Below are positions 20,878 to 30,569 of a DNA stretch of 64,000 nucleotides, piece by piece (position 1 is the stretch's first letter; each line of letters opens with the position of its first letter). The DNA is from Candidatus Spongiisociaceae bacterium (GTDB taxonomy: Bacteria > Actinomycetota > Acidimicrobiia > Spongiisociales > Spongiisociaceae): assembly GCA_965262915.1 (NCBI GenBank), contig OZ253564.1, positions 4,832,001-4,896,000 of the forward strand, read 5' to 3'. The translations under genes and the position numbers were made by a program. The notes beneath the pieces were generated by a model. The model was not told the DNA's origin. It searched no databases and was given only the letters and a program-made list of their open reading frames with translations.

Positions 20878-21525
20878 ATGCTGAGATTCGTCGAGGAAAT
20901 CGTCCTGCTCCTGCTCCGTGATGACGACGGGAGGTTCGTACACGTGTCCAGGCTGTCCCTGGACCGCGCCATCGCAGGCGGCGTCCTGATGGACCTGGCG
21001 ATGGAGAACCGCATCGATACCGATCTCGAACATCTGATCCTGATCGACCCCACGCCCGTCGGCGACGGCCTGCTCGACCCGACCCTGGCCGAGATCGCCA
21101 CGACCGAGCAGAACAACGCCCAGTACTGGGTGGAGCGCGTCGCCCAGAACTCCGACGAGATACGGGAGTGTGCACTCGCCCGGCTGGTCGAGCGCGGCAT
21201 CCTGGAGCAGCACGAGAACCACTTCCTGTGGGTGTTCCGGTCCAGGCGCTACCCGGCCATCGACGGCACGGCCGAGCGTGAGGTGAAGCTGCGGATCATG
21301 GGCGTGCTGTTCAGCGACGAACTCCCCGACCCCCGCGATGTCGTGCTCATCTGCCTAGCCGACGCATGCGGCATCTTCAAGCAGATGCTGTCCAGGCGGG
21401 AACTGGACCAGGCATCGGCCCGGATCCGGCAGGTGCGCAAGCTGGACCTGATCGGCCAGGCCATGTCACGGGCGATCCGCGACATCGAGGTGTCGATCGC
21501 TTCGGCCGGCGGGTATATGTTCTAG
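20878..21525 (+). CDS. GPP34/GOLPH3-like protein
   Basis: EEIVLLLL, AGGVLMDLAMENRI, PTPVGDGLLD, LVERGIL..FLWVF..RRYP. Confidence 0.75.
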   Translation: MLRFVEEIVLLLLRDDDGRFVHVSRLSLDRAIAGGVLMDLAMENRIDTDLEHLILIDPTPVGDGLLDPTLAEIATTEQNNAQYWVERVAQNSDEIRECALARLVERGILEQHENHFLWVFRSRRYPAIDGTAEREVKLRIMGVLFSDELPDPRDVVLICLADACGIFKQMLSRRELDQASARIRQVRKLDLIGQAMSRAIRDIEVSIASAGGYMF

Positions 21526-21625
21526 GGGAATGGTCCAAACCACCGGTTGACCCGGCGGTCGATGACAGGATGCCACGTCAGCGGACGACGGGCCCATCAT
21601 TCACCCGTTGCCGAGCACCCTCCCG

Positions 21626-22008
21626 GTGTCCCGAATTTCTTGGTTCGCTGTGTTCAGAACCCGCGGCGCACGATGGGCAGCTGAAGCGCCCACAGAACCC
21701 TCGCCGGACCGACCGCGCCGGCACAAGGGGGTTGACCGTGTCACAGTCCTGTTGCACACTGGTAGGCAACCGTAAACACCGCCGGTCCGTTTCCGGTACC
21801 GACCGGACCGGGGCAGGGATCATGTTGTCAAAGCCGACCCTCTCGGGGAGGGAGGAACGCGGTCGGAGCCGAGGAGGTGGCGGTTGGGGGAGGGCCCGCC
21901 GGCAGGGGTCCGATCCGGGGATTTTCGCGTTCTCGGTCGCCTCCGGCCCGCCGGGTGGTACGGACGGTTCATTCCGAGTATCCGGAACGGCTTCCCGAAT
22001 CAGGACAT
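21626..22008 (+). repeat. Non-coding repeat element B, copy 1, with IS630-like ends
   Basis: Colinear similarity of ~21690-21960 to 53430-53700; ends GTGTCCCGAATTTCTTGG / CCGAATCAGGACATTAG resemble the IS630 TIRs at 34896-34919 and 33744-33760. Confidence 0.6.
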
Positions 22009-22149
22009 TAGGTGCTGAACGATCCACCTGCGGCTGCCGATCAACTCTGAAATGCCCGGTCAGCCGACGGCAGGCCTTGAGCAATCGTCACTGTTCCGCC
22101 TTCTCCTAACGGAACGCAGTCGGCCTCCGTCGGCTCTCCCCGGCATGCT

Positions 22150-22420
22150 CAGATGCCCTCCGATACCCCTACGATGACCGGAACCCTCCCGTCGACGGTG
22201 GCGATGGCGCTCTCGACCACGGGTCGGTTCCACCTCGGTCATCCGGTTGGCTTCACCCATCACGCCGGGCAGCGCGACGCCGCTCGATCGGACGCAACAC
22301 ACAAATCCATCAAGGTAGGGATCGAAGGCAGATCGGTGTTCCAGTCCTCGTCCAGGGGCGTCACAGCAATCGTCACGAGGCCCGATGTCGGCGTTGAGTC
22401 GATCAAGGGGTCGGTCCCTC
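22150..22420 (-). pseudogene. Dihydrodipicolinate synthase-family remnant
   Basis: GLVTIAVTPLDED..D, GVMGEANRMT..E, VDGRVPVIVG across frames. Confidence 0.6.
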
Positions 22421-22424
22421 TCGG

Positions 22425-22780
22425 TGTACGCATCCCGAAGGGCTGATGCTGCAAAGATAATGGCGACCTGGCACAGCTCCACCACGGGGAGCCCCGGTTC
22501 ACCCTGGAGCCGGGCACGGAGACGGGTCATGCCGGTGCATCCCACCACGACGACGTCCGCTCCCGATTTCGCGAGTTCCTGACCGGCCTCGAGAACGTCC
22601 CCGTAGGCTTCCTCGCCCTCTGGATCGAGCACACGCCGCCCCGGCGGCCGCATCCCCGAGGACTCTCGCTGCAACTCCGATCCCAGTGACGGTCGTGGCG
22701 GGCAGCGACGCGTCGAGGCTGTGGATGACCCCGACACTGCGCCCGCGTAACATCGCGACCGGCGCCGCCGATTCACCTGG
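22425..22780 (-). pseudogene. Hydantoin/Asp-Glu racemase, C-terminal half
   Basis: GESAAPVAMLRGRSVGVI...GADVVVVGCTGM...LPVVE; continues the N-half at 35176-35466. Confidence 0.8.
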
Positions 22781-22870
22781 GGCCTGTTGACACTGCGTAG
22801 GGCTTCGGTTATCAGCACGAAGGTGATGAACCCGATGTAGATCACGTCGAGTTTGTCGTAGCGGGAGAAG
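22781..22870 (-). mobile_element. IS5-family right-end remnant
   Basis: GGCCTGTTGACACTGCGTAGGGCTTCGG... nearly identical to 31434-31523; cut by IS3. Confidence 0.9.
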
Positions 22871-24166
22871 TGGAGTTCCCCCCGGTGGCCGGACACTTCC
22901 ACAAAGAGCGCGTTTGATGTCCGAGAATGGACGCAGCGCGTGGGGAAGGAGTCCTGTTGGGAGCGAATCGACCGAGACGGAAGTTCTCCGATGAGTTCAA
23001 ACGTGGATGCGGTGGAGATTGTTCGCAGCTGGGGCAGGCCGATACGGCAGGTCGCCAACGAGTTGGGTATTTATGACTCGACGTTGCGGTGACTGGGTTC
23101 GTCAGGATGGGATCAACCGGGGTGAGCGGGAGGGGCTTAGGTCTGGGGAGCGGGAGCGGCTGCGGGAGCCGGGTGCGGGAGAACGCTGGGCTGCGGACGG
23201 GGGCGTGAGCTCGAAAAGACGAGCTGTGGCGTTGTGGGTGCGGGAGTCGAAGGGGTGATGTTGTGTCGCTTTGTCGATGCTCAGAGGGCCGAAGGCTTCC
23301 CGGTGAGGATGGTGTGTTCGGTGGTGGGGGTGTCACCGTCTGCGTATTACGCCTACAAGCAGCGACCCCGGTCTGGTCCTGTCCAGATGGCAGAGGCCGC
23401 TCTGGTGGACGAGATCCGGGCCGTCTGGGCGGACTCGGATGGGACCTATGGTTCGCCTCGGGTGTGCGCCGAGTTGCGTCGGCGTGGCCGGGTGGTGAAT
23501 CACAAGCGGGAGGGTGCGGCTGATGAAGTGCCACCGCATGGCAGGTTTCGTTCCCCGCAAGCGGCGTGTCACCACCACAGCGGACACCGCTCATCGGATC
23601 CCTGATCTACTCAGGGGTGAGTTCACCACTTCGGCACCGGATGAAGCCTGGGTGGGCGACATAACCTACATCCGGACCCGTCAAGGGTTCCTGTATGTGG
23701 CGTTCGTCCTGGACCTGGCGTCCCGCCGAGTTGTTGGTGTCTCTGTGGCACCACACCTCAAGGCCTCGCTCGTCGCTGACGCGCTGCGCGAAGCGATCGG
23801 AACCCGGGGCGGCCAGATGCGGGGGGTAGTGTTCCACAGCGACCGGGGCAGCCCACACACCTCGAGGGCCACCGCTCGGCTCTGCCGGGCATATGGCATC
23901 GCACAGTCGGTGGGACGGACAGGGGTGTGCTGGGACAACGCCGCCGCCGAATTCGTTTCTCGGCACCCTTAAGAAGGAACTCGTCAACCGAGCCGACTAC
24001 CAGAGCCGCCACCACGCCCGCCTATCGATCCGGTACTGGATCCAAGCCTGGTACAACCCCCGCCGGCTCCACTCCACGATCGGGCAACAGCCACCAAACG
24101 AATGGGAGGACAACTACTAGCATCACGGCCGCCTAAACCAAGTGTCCAGCACATGGGGGAACTCCA
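22871..24166 (+). mobile_element. IS3-family element with frameshifted orfA/orfB
   Basis: TG...CA ends, TIR TGGAGTTCCCCC..GGACACTT; YGSPR, WVGDITYI, HSDRGS, DNAAAE, YNPRRLHS. Confidence 0.92.
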
Positions 24167-24189
24167 GAAAACCACCCCCAACCGATCAA

Positions 24190-24303
24190 TACTCTGCGAT
24201 ACTCCACTCACAGGAAGTGCCTCCTGACTCCGGGCCGAAGCCGCTGTTGCCAATGGCTATTGTCCCAGATCAGAGACACTTTCCACGTCTATCCAACCCC
24301 CAA
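24190..24303 (-). repeat. Degenerate inverted copy of the 26222-26335 segment (IS1380-like scar)
   Basis: Shared blocks GATAyTCCAmTCACAGG, CCTCCT..TCCGGG..CGAAGCCGC, ATGGCTAT.GTC.CAGATCAG, TATCCA. Confidence 0.65.
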
Positions 24304-24358
24304 CCTCGGACTTTCAAGGACTAGCCAAATGGGGGAGCAACAACCAGGAGGCGAAAAC

Positions 24359-26122
24359 ATGACATATTTCCGTATATCCAGATTGAGGACATTGTGTTTG
24401 CTTGTGGGCGTCTTCGCTCTGATCGCGGCGGCTTGTGGCGGCGCAGATGAGCCCGCAACCGAGGTGCCCGCAACCGAGGCACCCGCAACCGAGGCACCCG
24501 CAACCGAGGCACCCACAGCCGAGGCACCCACAGCCGAGGCACCCACAGCCGAGGCACCCGCAACCGAGGCACCCACAGCCGAGGAGCCCACAACCGAGGA
24601 GCCCACAACCGAGGAGCCCACAACCGAGGAGCCCACAACCGAGGCACCCGCAACCGAGGAGCCCGCAGTCCCGGGCGGCGAGCTGATAATCGCGCTCACA
24701 ACGCAGCCCAACGCGCTCGACGGTGCGAACGCAGCCGAGCGAAACGCGGGCAACGTGTCCAACCAGATATTCGACCCGCTGGTGTGGATCAACGACGACC
24801 TGGAGTTCGAACCGGCCCTCGCCGAGTCGTGGACAGTGTCCGACGACGGTCGCACGTACACGTTCAAGCTGCGCGAGGACGTAGTGTTCCACAACGGCGA
24901 GCCGTTCAACGCGGACGCCGTGGTGTTCTCGTGGGAAGTGCAAAAGCAGCCGGAGAACGCTTACTTCAACTACTACGAACGAGCGTCCGAGGTGAACAAG
25001 ATCGACGAATACACCGTCGAGCTAGTCGCACCGAATCCCAACGCACTGTTCCTCGGCCTCACCGGCGCCATATGGTTCTTCGTTCCTCCCAAGTACTACG
25101 CCGAGGTCGGGCTGGAGGGCTTCGGCCAAGAGCCGATCGGCACCGGTCCGTTCATGCTGACCGAGTGGGTCCAGGGCGACCGCATCGTGTTGGACCGGAA
25201 CCCGAACTACTGGCGCAAAGGCTACCCCAAGCTCGACCGGATCATCTTCCGGCCGATCACCGAGTCCTCCACCAGGGCCGCAGCGATCCAGACGGGCGAG
25301 GTCGACATCGTGAGCCGCCTCAGCCCCGACGAAGCCGCATCGCTGGAGGGCGTAGACGGAGTCAACATCATCGAGTATCCGACCAACCGGGTCTACTACA
25401 TCGCGTTCAACAACCTCACCTCCGGTGTGGGTCAACCAACCGAAGATCCCAGAGTGCGCCAAGCCCTCAACCATGCGGTCGACGTCGAAGGCATCATCGA
25501 CGCTCTGTTCAACGGCAACGGCGTCCGAGCCACCGGGCTGATGACGGCCGCCGACTTCGGTTACAACCATGCGCTGACGCCCTACTCCTACGACCCTGAT
25601 CGGGCGCGGGAGCTGTTGGCCGAAGCCGGGTACACCGAGGGGTTCGACATCGGATTCGCCTGCCCGTCAGCTGCCTACACCAACTTCGAGCAGGTGTGCG
25701 AAGCCGTCGCGGCCCAGCTCGGCGAGGTAGGAGTGAACGCGTCGCTCGATCTCATGGAGTCCGGGGCGTACTGGGATCTGGAGGCGAACAAGCAGTTGCC
25801 GCCGCTGTTCGGTGATAGCTGGTCGAACGCCAATCCCGAGGGCTGGGACCGCCTGCAAGGGGCCATGGGCGGCCAAGCTGCGAGCTATTCAGCATGGTCC
25901 GACCCGGTGGTTGACAGCCTCCTCCTTGAGATACTCGCGACCCCCGACGACAACGCCCGTGCGGATCTGTACCAGAAATTGCAGCAGCAGATGTACGACG
26001 AACCACCGTTCATCTATCTCTACGTGCCGTCCTCGTTCGAAGCAAGGAGCGATCGGGTCGCCAACTACAAGCCGCGCTCGGCCGAGGAGTACTGGCTTTG
26101 GGACTTGGCGGTGGCCAGCTGA
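24359..26122 (+). CDS. Peptide/nickel (family 5) ABC transporter substrate-binding lipoprotein
   Basis: Lipobox [37 protein letters not shown]; AGGAGG RBS. Confidence 0.92.
   Translation: MTYFRISRLRTLCLLVGVFALIAAACGGADEPATEVPATEAPATEAPATEAPTAEAPTAEAPTAEAPATEAPTAEEPTTEEPTTEEPTTEEPTTEAPATEEPAVPGGELIIALTTQPNALDGANAAERNAGNVSNQIFDPLVWINDDLEFEPALAESWTVSDDGRTYTFKLREDVVFHNGEPFNADAVVFSWEVQKQPENAYFNYYERASEVNKIDEYTVELVAPNPNALFLGLTGAIWFFVPPKYYAEVGLEGFGQEPIGTGPFMLTEWVQGDRIVLDRNPNYWRKGYPKLDRIIFRPITESSTRAAAIQTGEVDIVSRLSPDEAASLEGVDGVNIIEYPTNRVYYIAFNNLTSGVGQPTEDPRVRQALNHAVDVEGIIDALFNGNGVRATGLMTAADFGYNHALTPYSYDPDRARELLAEAGYTEGFDIGFACPSAAYTNFEQVCEAVAAQLGEVGVNASLDLMESGAYWDLEANKQLPPLFGDSWSNANPEGWDRLQGAMGGQAASYSAWSDPVVDSLLLEILATPDDNARADLYQKLQQQMYDEPPFIYLYVPSSFEARSDRVANYKPRSAEEYWLWDLAVAS
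24449..24667 (+). repeat. 15-bp coding tandem repeat (~14 units, xPATE/xPTAE/EPTTE linker)
   Basis: GAGGCACCCGCAACC-type units in frame within the SBP. Confidence 0.95.
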
Positions 26123-26150
26123 TCGACGCGGGTTACTGAGTTAGTCATCC

Positions 26151-26189
26151 ATTGGTGGGGCCGGGGCGCTGCGCCTCGGCCCCACCGAT
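26151..26189 (+). terminator. Hairpin after SBP gene (terminator or mRNA stabiliser)
   Basis: GGTGGGGCCGGGGCG / CGCCTCGGCCCCACC stem. Confidence 0.6.
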
Positions 26190-26191
26190 CA

Positions 26192-26382
26192 AGCCTGAAT
26201 CCACTGGCGGGGGTACATCTTCGGGAGGGTGGATACGTATAGAAAGCGCTCCTGATCTGCGACGATAGCCATAGCTAAGGCGGCTTCGGGCCCGGATGAG
26301 GAGGAAACAGCCTGTGATTGGAATATCACGGAGATGACCAGGCCAGGGCTGGTTTACGATGACGGCTCGGTGGATCCAGGCT
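26192..26382 (+). mobile_element. MITE, IS1380-like
   Basis: 13-bp TIR AGCCTGAATCCAC / GTGGATCCAGGCT; no intact ORF; family assignment from recalled TIR style. Confidence 0.6.
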
Positions 26383-26426
26383 AAGATGAAAAGGGGCCGA
26401 GCAGAGGGAGAGAGTTCGGTGGCGAG

Positions 26427-27449
26427 GTGAGGTACCTAGTCGGGCGCATAGGCCAGTCACTGCTGCTGGTGCTCGGCGTGATGGTGATCGTCTTCTTGAT
26501 GCTGCGAGCGTCAGGGGACCCGACCAACCTGCTAGTTCCCCGGGAGGCAACCCCGGAGCAAAGAGAGGCGGCACGGCAGGCATACGGCCTGGACAAGACC
26601 GTTGCTGAGCAGTTTGTCGACTTCGTGGTGGACGCGGCCCGCCTCGACTTCGGTAGGTCGCTTCGCTACAAGGTCCCGGTACGAGAAGTGGTCTTCGACC
26701 GGATGCCGGCGACGATCGAGCTCGGCCTCGCGGCGATGGCCTTCGCGGTAGCGGTCGGAGTACCGCTCGGAATCCTCGCGGGTGTCAAGGCGGGCGGCCG
26801 CTGGGATGGTGCGGCGCGCGGTCTCAGTCTGCTGGGCCAGACGATTCCGAATTTCTGGCTGGCGTTGGTCTTCATTGTGGTGTTCGCCGTTGGACTCGGG
26901 TGGTTGCCGTCGTTCGGGCGCGGCACGATATCGATATGGTTTTTCACCATACCTAACAAGTCGATCATCTTGCCGGCGGTCGCGCTCGGCTTGTTTCCGA
27001 TGGCTCAGCTTCTGCGGTTCACGAGATCGTCAGTGCTCGAGATCGTCAACGAGGAGTACGTCCGCATCGCTCGCAGCAAGGGCCTCCGAGCGCTGGTCAT
27101 CTACAGACGCTACATCCTGCGCAACGCTCTCATCCCGCTCATCAGCGTAATGAGCCTGCAGATCGGGGCGCTGCTGGGTGGATCGCTGTATATCGAAGCT
27201 GTTTTTGCTTGGCCGGGAGCGGGAGGGTTGTTGGCCGAGGCGGTAGGCAACCGCGACTTCCAGCTTGTGCAGGGAATAGCTTTCTTCGGCGCGCTCATCG
27301 TCATATTATTCTCACTTCTTGCTGACCTGCTGTACACAGTCGCCGACCCGCGAATCAGAATGGGCAAGCTGGGACAGACTCGGCGCAAACGAACTGCGGA
27401 CGATGCGTCGGCGACGATGCCGAAGCCATTCGGAGAGGGGATCACATGA
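26427..27449 (+). CDS. ABC transporter permease (OppB/DppB-like)
   Basis: GLDK..EQF, DFGRS, PATIEL, ARSKGL, RNAL, IEAVFAWPG. Confidence 0.92.
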   Translation: MRYLVGRIGQSLLLVLGVMVIVFLMLRASGDPTNLLVPREATPEQREAARQAYGLDKTVAEQFVDFVVDAARLDFGRSLRYKVPVREVVFDRMPATIELGLAAMAFAVAVGVPLGILAGVKAGGRWDGAARGLSLLGQTIPNFWLALVFIVVFAVGLGWLPSFGRGTISIWFFTIPNKSIILPAVALGLFPMAQLLRFTRSSVLEIVNEEYVRIARSKGLRALVIYRRYILRNALIPLISVMSLQIGALLGGSLYIEAVFAWPGAGGLLAEAVGNRDFQLVQGIAFFGALIVILFSLLADLLYTVADPRIRMGKLGQTRRKRTADDASATMPKPFGEGIT

Positions 27450-28405
27450 CTGATCACAGCGCTCGGGCAGGCGCTGATTCTCCTACCGGCGAGATCGAAA
27501 CCGGCCATCAAGTCGATATTGAGAAGGACCTACGATTCCGCGCCCGGATTCGTAATGCCCTGAGGCTGCTTCGCCGGTCCAAGGGCGGCACGTTCGGGGC
27601 CTTCGTCTTCGTCATGTTGCTCATCCTCGCGGTGTTCGCTCCGTGGATCGCCCCCCATGATCCTCTCCAACAGACTCTGAGTGACGCCAATATCCCGCCG
27701 TTCTGGACCTATGACGGCTCCACCGACTACCTGGTCGGCACCGACACACTCGGACGTGACATTCTCAGCCGCATCATCTTCGCAACCCGCGTCTCGCTTG
27801 GTGTGGCTCTCGGTGGCGTTGGAATCGCCATCACGCTGGGGATGGCGATCGGTCTTATCGCCGGGTACCGAGGCGGCAAGATCGACGCCGTCATCGTCGG
27901 CTTCATCAACCTGATCCTGTCGCTGCCCTACCTGTTGTTCGTGGTTTTCTTCGCCGCCGTCGTCGGGCGAAGCCTGATCAACGTGATCCTCATCTTCGGT
28001 TTCACTTCGATTCCGGTGTTCGCCCGAGTGACGCGGGGTGAGGTCTTGAAGCTCCGGGAGAGCATGTTCATCGAGGCAGCGAGGAACGTCGGCGTACCGG
28101 AGGGCCAGATCCTGCGGCTGCATCTACTGCCCAACCTTGTCGGCCCGCTGGCCACGCTGGCCACGTTCGAGATGTCGGCCATGATCCTCTATGAGGCCGG
28201 CCTCGGATTCCTCGGTCTGTCCGTGCCGCCCAGCACGCCGAGCTGGGGCAACATGATCAACGCCGGTCGAGGCGTACTCGCGATCCGTCCGTGGATATCG
28301 CTCGCACCGGGCTTTGCCATTCTGCTTGCCGGGCTCGGGCTCAACATGCTCGGCGATTGGTTGCGCGACGCGCTCGACCCCCGATCTCAACGAGTGAAAC
28401 AGTGA
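27446..28405 (+). CDS. ABC transporter permease (OppC/DppC-like)
   Basis: GTDTLGRDILSR, FIEAAR..G, HLLPN, LGFLGL, PSWG. Confidence 0.92.
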   Translation: MTDHSARAGADSPTGEIETGHQVDIEKDLRFRARIRNALRLLRRSKGGTFGAFVFVMLLILAVFAPWIAPHDPLQQTLSDANIPPFWTYDGSTDYLVGTDTLGRDILSRIIFATRVSLGVALGGVGIAITLGMAIGLIAGYRGGKIDAVIVGFINLILSLPYLLFVVFFAAVVGRSLINVILIFGFTSIPVFARVTRGEVLKLRESMFIEAARNVGVPEGQILRLHLLPNLVGPLATLATFEMSAMILYEAGLGFLGLSVPPSTPSWGNMINAGRGVLAIRPWISLAPGFAILLAGLGLNMLGDWLRDALDPRSQRVKQ

Positions 28406-29409
28406 ACACGACGAAACTTCTCGACGTGAAGAACCTTGAGGTCCGGTTCGACATCCCGGAAGGAACCGTGCATGCGGTCAACGGAGTGACGCTCTCCGTC
28501 GCCAAGGGTGAGACGCTGGCCATCGTGGGCGAAAGCGGAAGCGGGAAGTCTGTCACGATGCTCGCCCTGCTGCGGCTGCTCGCCGAGCCACCGGCACGGA
28601 TATCCAACGGCACCGCGACGTTCGAAACCGCGGACGGAACGATCAACCTCCTTGAGGAGTCCCAGCGCCGGCTGCGACGGGTTCGAGGGGCCGAGATCGG
28701 GTTCGTTTCCCAGGATCCCATGAGCTCCCTCAATCCAACAGTGCGAATCTCCACCCAGCTCATCGACGTGATCCGCACCCATCTCGGTCTATCGAGGCGG
28801 CAGGCTCGCAAGCGCGCCATCAAGCTGCTGGAGAGGGTCGGGATACCCGACGCCGCGGGACGCGCCGACGCCTACCCTCACGAGTTCTCCGGAGGCATGC
28901 GACAGCGCGTCATGATCGCTGTTGCAGTGGCCTGCGACCCCCAGCTGGTGATTGCCGATGAGCCGACGACGGCGCTCGACGTGACGATACAGGCCCAAAT
29001 CGCGGAGCTTATGCACGACTTGCGCGAGGAACTCGGGCTGGCCCTGATCTGGATCACGCACGACCTCGGCGTCGTCGCTGGCCTGGCCGACCGAGTAGCA
29101 GTCATGTACGCCGGCCGGCTCGTAGAGATCTCCGATGTGGCCAGCCTATACCAGCGGCCGCTGCACCCGTACACAATCGGGCTCCTAGCCGCTCTGCCCA
29201 AGATGGGCAACCGGGCCGACCGGTTGATCAGCATCCCCGGCCTGCCGCCCGATCTCATCGACGAGCCAACCCATTGCCCGTTCGCGGCTCGCTGCCCCCA
29301 TGTGTTCGACCGCTGCATAAGCGAGGTGCCGCCGCTGTTCGAGCCGACCCGCGGCCGACACGTCGCGTGTTTCTACGACGTCGAGGCGGGGGCGCCCCGA
29401 CATGACTGA
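28402..29409 (+). CDS. ABC ATPase (OppD/DppD-like)
   Basis: [29 protein letters not shown]. Confidence 0.93.
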   Translation: MNTTKLLDVKNLEVRFDIPEGTVHAVNGVTLSVAKGETLAIVGESGSGKSVTMLALLRLLAEPPARISNGTATFETADGTINLLEESQRRLRRVRGAEIGFVSQDPMSSLNPTVRISTQLIDVIRTHLGLSRRQARKRAIKLLERVGIPDAAGRADAYPHEFSGGMRQRVMIAVAVACDPQLVIADEPTTALDVTIQAQIAELMHDLREELGLALIWITHDLGVVAGLADRVAVMYAGRLVEISDVASLYQRPLHPYTIGLLAALPKMGNRADRLISIPGLPPDLIDEPTHCPFAARCPHVFDRCISEVPPLFEPTRGRHVACFYDVEAGAPRHD

Positions 29410-30493
29410 GCTCGCTTCCACTGAGCCGGTCGAGCCCGTCGCCGGGTCGGAGCCGGTGGCCGCGGCAGGCAGTCCTGCTGAGCCGGTGCTCCGGGTCGTG
29501 AACATGACGAAGTACTTCCCGGGCAAGTCGATCAACATGCCGATCAAGGCGGTCGATGGTTTGAGCTTCGAGATCTTCGCGGGCGAGACGCTCGGGCTGG
29601 TCGGCGAGAGCGGGTGCGGCAAGTCCACCACCGGGCGGGCTGTGCTGCAGCTCCATCGCCCTTCTTCCGGCCAGGTCTGGCTAGGCGACCTCGAGCTCAC
29701 GACCCTCGGCGAGAAGGAGCTGCGCAAGCTCCGACCGCGTATGCAGATGATCTTCCAAGACTCGTACGCGTCGCTGAATCCCCGTCACACGGTAGGCCGC
29801 ATCATCGGCGAGCCGATGAGGGTCCACACCGAGATGACACCGCAACAGATCCTCGACCGGGTGCTCGAGCTTCTCGACCTGGTGGGCCTCCGGGCCGCTC
29901 ACCGCACCCGCTACCCCCACGAGTTCTCCGGGGGTCAGCGCCAGCGCATCAACATCGCCCGGGCTCTCGCCCTCAGCCCCGACCTGATCGTCTGCGACGA
30001 GCCCATCTCTGCGCTCGATGTGTCGATCCAAGCGCAGGCGATCAACCTCTTGGCCGATCTTCAGGACGAGTTCGGAATCGCCTACCTGTTCGTGGCCCAC
30101 GACCTCTCGATGGTGGAGCACATCTCCGACCGAGTCGCGGTGATGTATCTCGGACACATCGTCGAGCTCGCCGAGACTGAGTCTCTGTTCGAGGCGACGC
30201 TCCACCCGTACACGCAGGCCTTGTTGTCGGCGGTTCCCGTTCCAGATCCCATGATCGAGTCCGGCCGGACCCGCATCCCTCTCGTCGGAGAGGTTCCGAG
30301 TCCCGCGGCCCCACCGCCCGGGTGCGTGTTCTCGACCCGCTGCCCGTTGGTTGTCGACCGCTGCCGTGCTGAGGTGCCCGAACTCCGTGAGATCATCCCC
30401 AACCATTGGGCTGCGTGCCATCTAGCCGATCAGGAAGGCTCGTCGATAGTCGGTAAGCCCCGTCGTCCGATCAGCGGGGGGGCGCGACAGTGA
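29402..30493 (+). CDS. ABC ATPase (OppF/DppF-like)
   Basis: [30 protein letters not shown]. Confidence 0.93.
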   Translation: MTELASTEPVEPVAGSEPVAAAGSPAEPVLRVVNMTKYFPGKSINMPIKAVDGLSFEIFAGETLGLVGESGCGKSTTGRAVLQLHRPSSGQVWLGDLELTTLGEKELRKLRPRMQMIFQDSYASLNPRHTVGRIIGEPMRVHTEMTPQQILDRVLELLDLVGLRAAHRTRYPHEFSGGQRQRINIARALALSPDLIVCDEPISALDVSIQAQAINLLADLQDEFGIAYLFVAHDLSMVEHISDRVAVMYLGHIVELAETESLFEATLHPYTQALLSAVPVPDPMIESGRTRIPLVGEVPSPAAPPPGCVFSTRCPLVVDRCRAEVPELREIIPNHWAACHLADQEGSSIVGKPRRPISGGARQ

Positions 30494-30569
30494 GTTCAGC
30501 GCGTCGTCCCTAGCCAATGGGCCATCAACTAGCCGACGCGACCCTGCCGGCTCCTCCGACGGCGCTCTG

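Noticed and set aside
24289-24943. Cys-rich (GCGCL)n and other repetitive ORFs; possible CRISPR or RiPP precursor
   Set aside because: Alternative-frame readings of the 15-bp coding repeat in the SBP; no spacers, cas genes or modifying enzymes.
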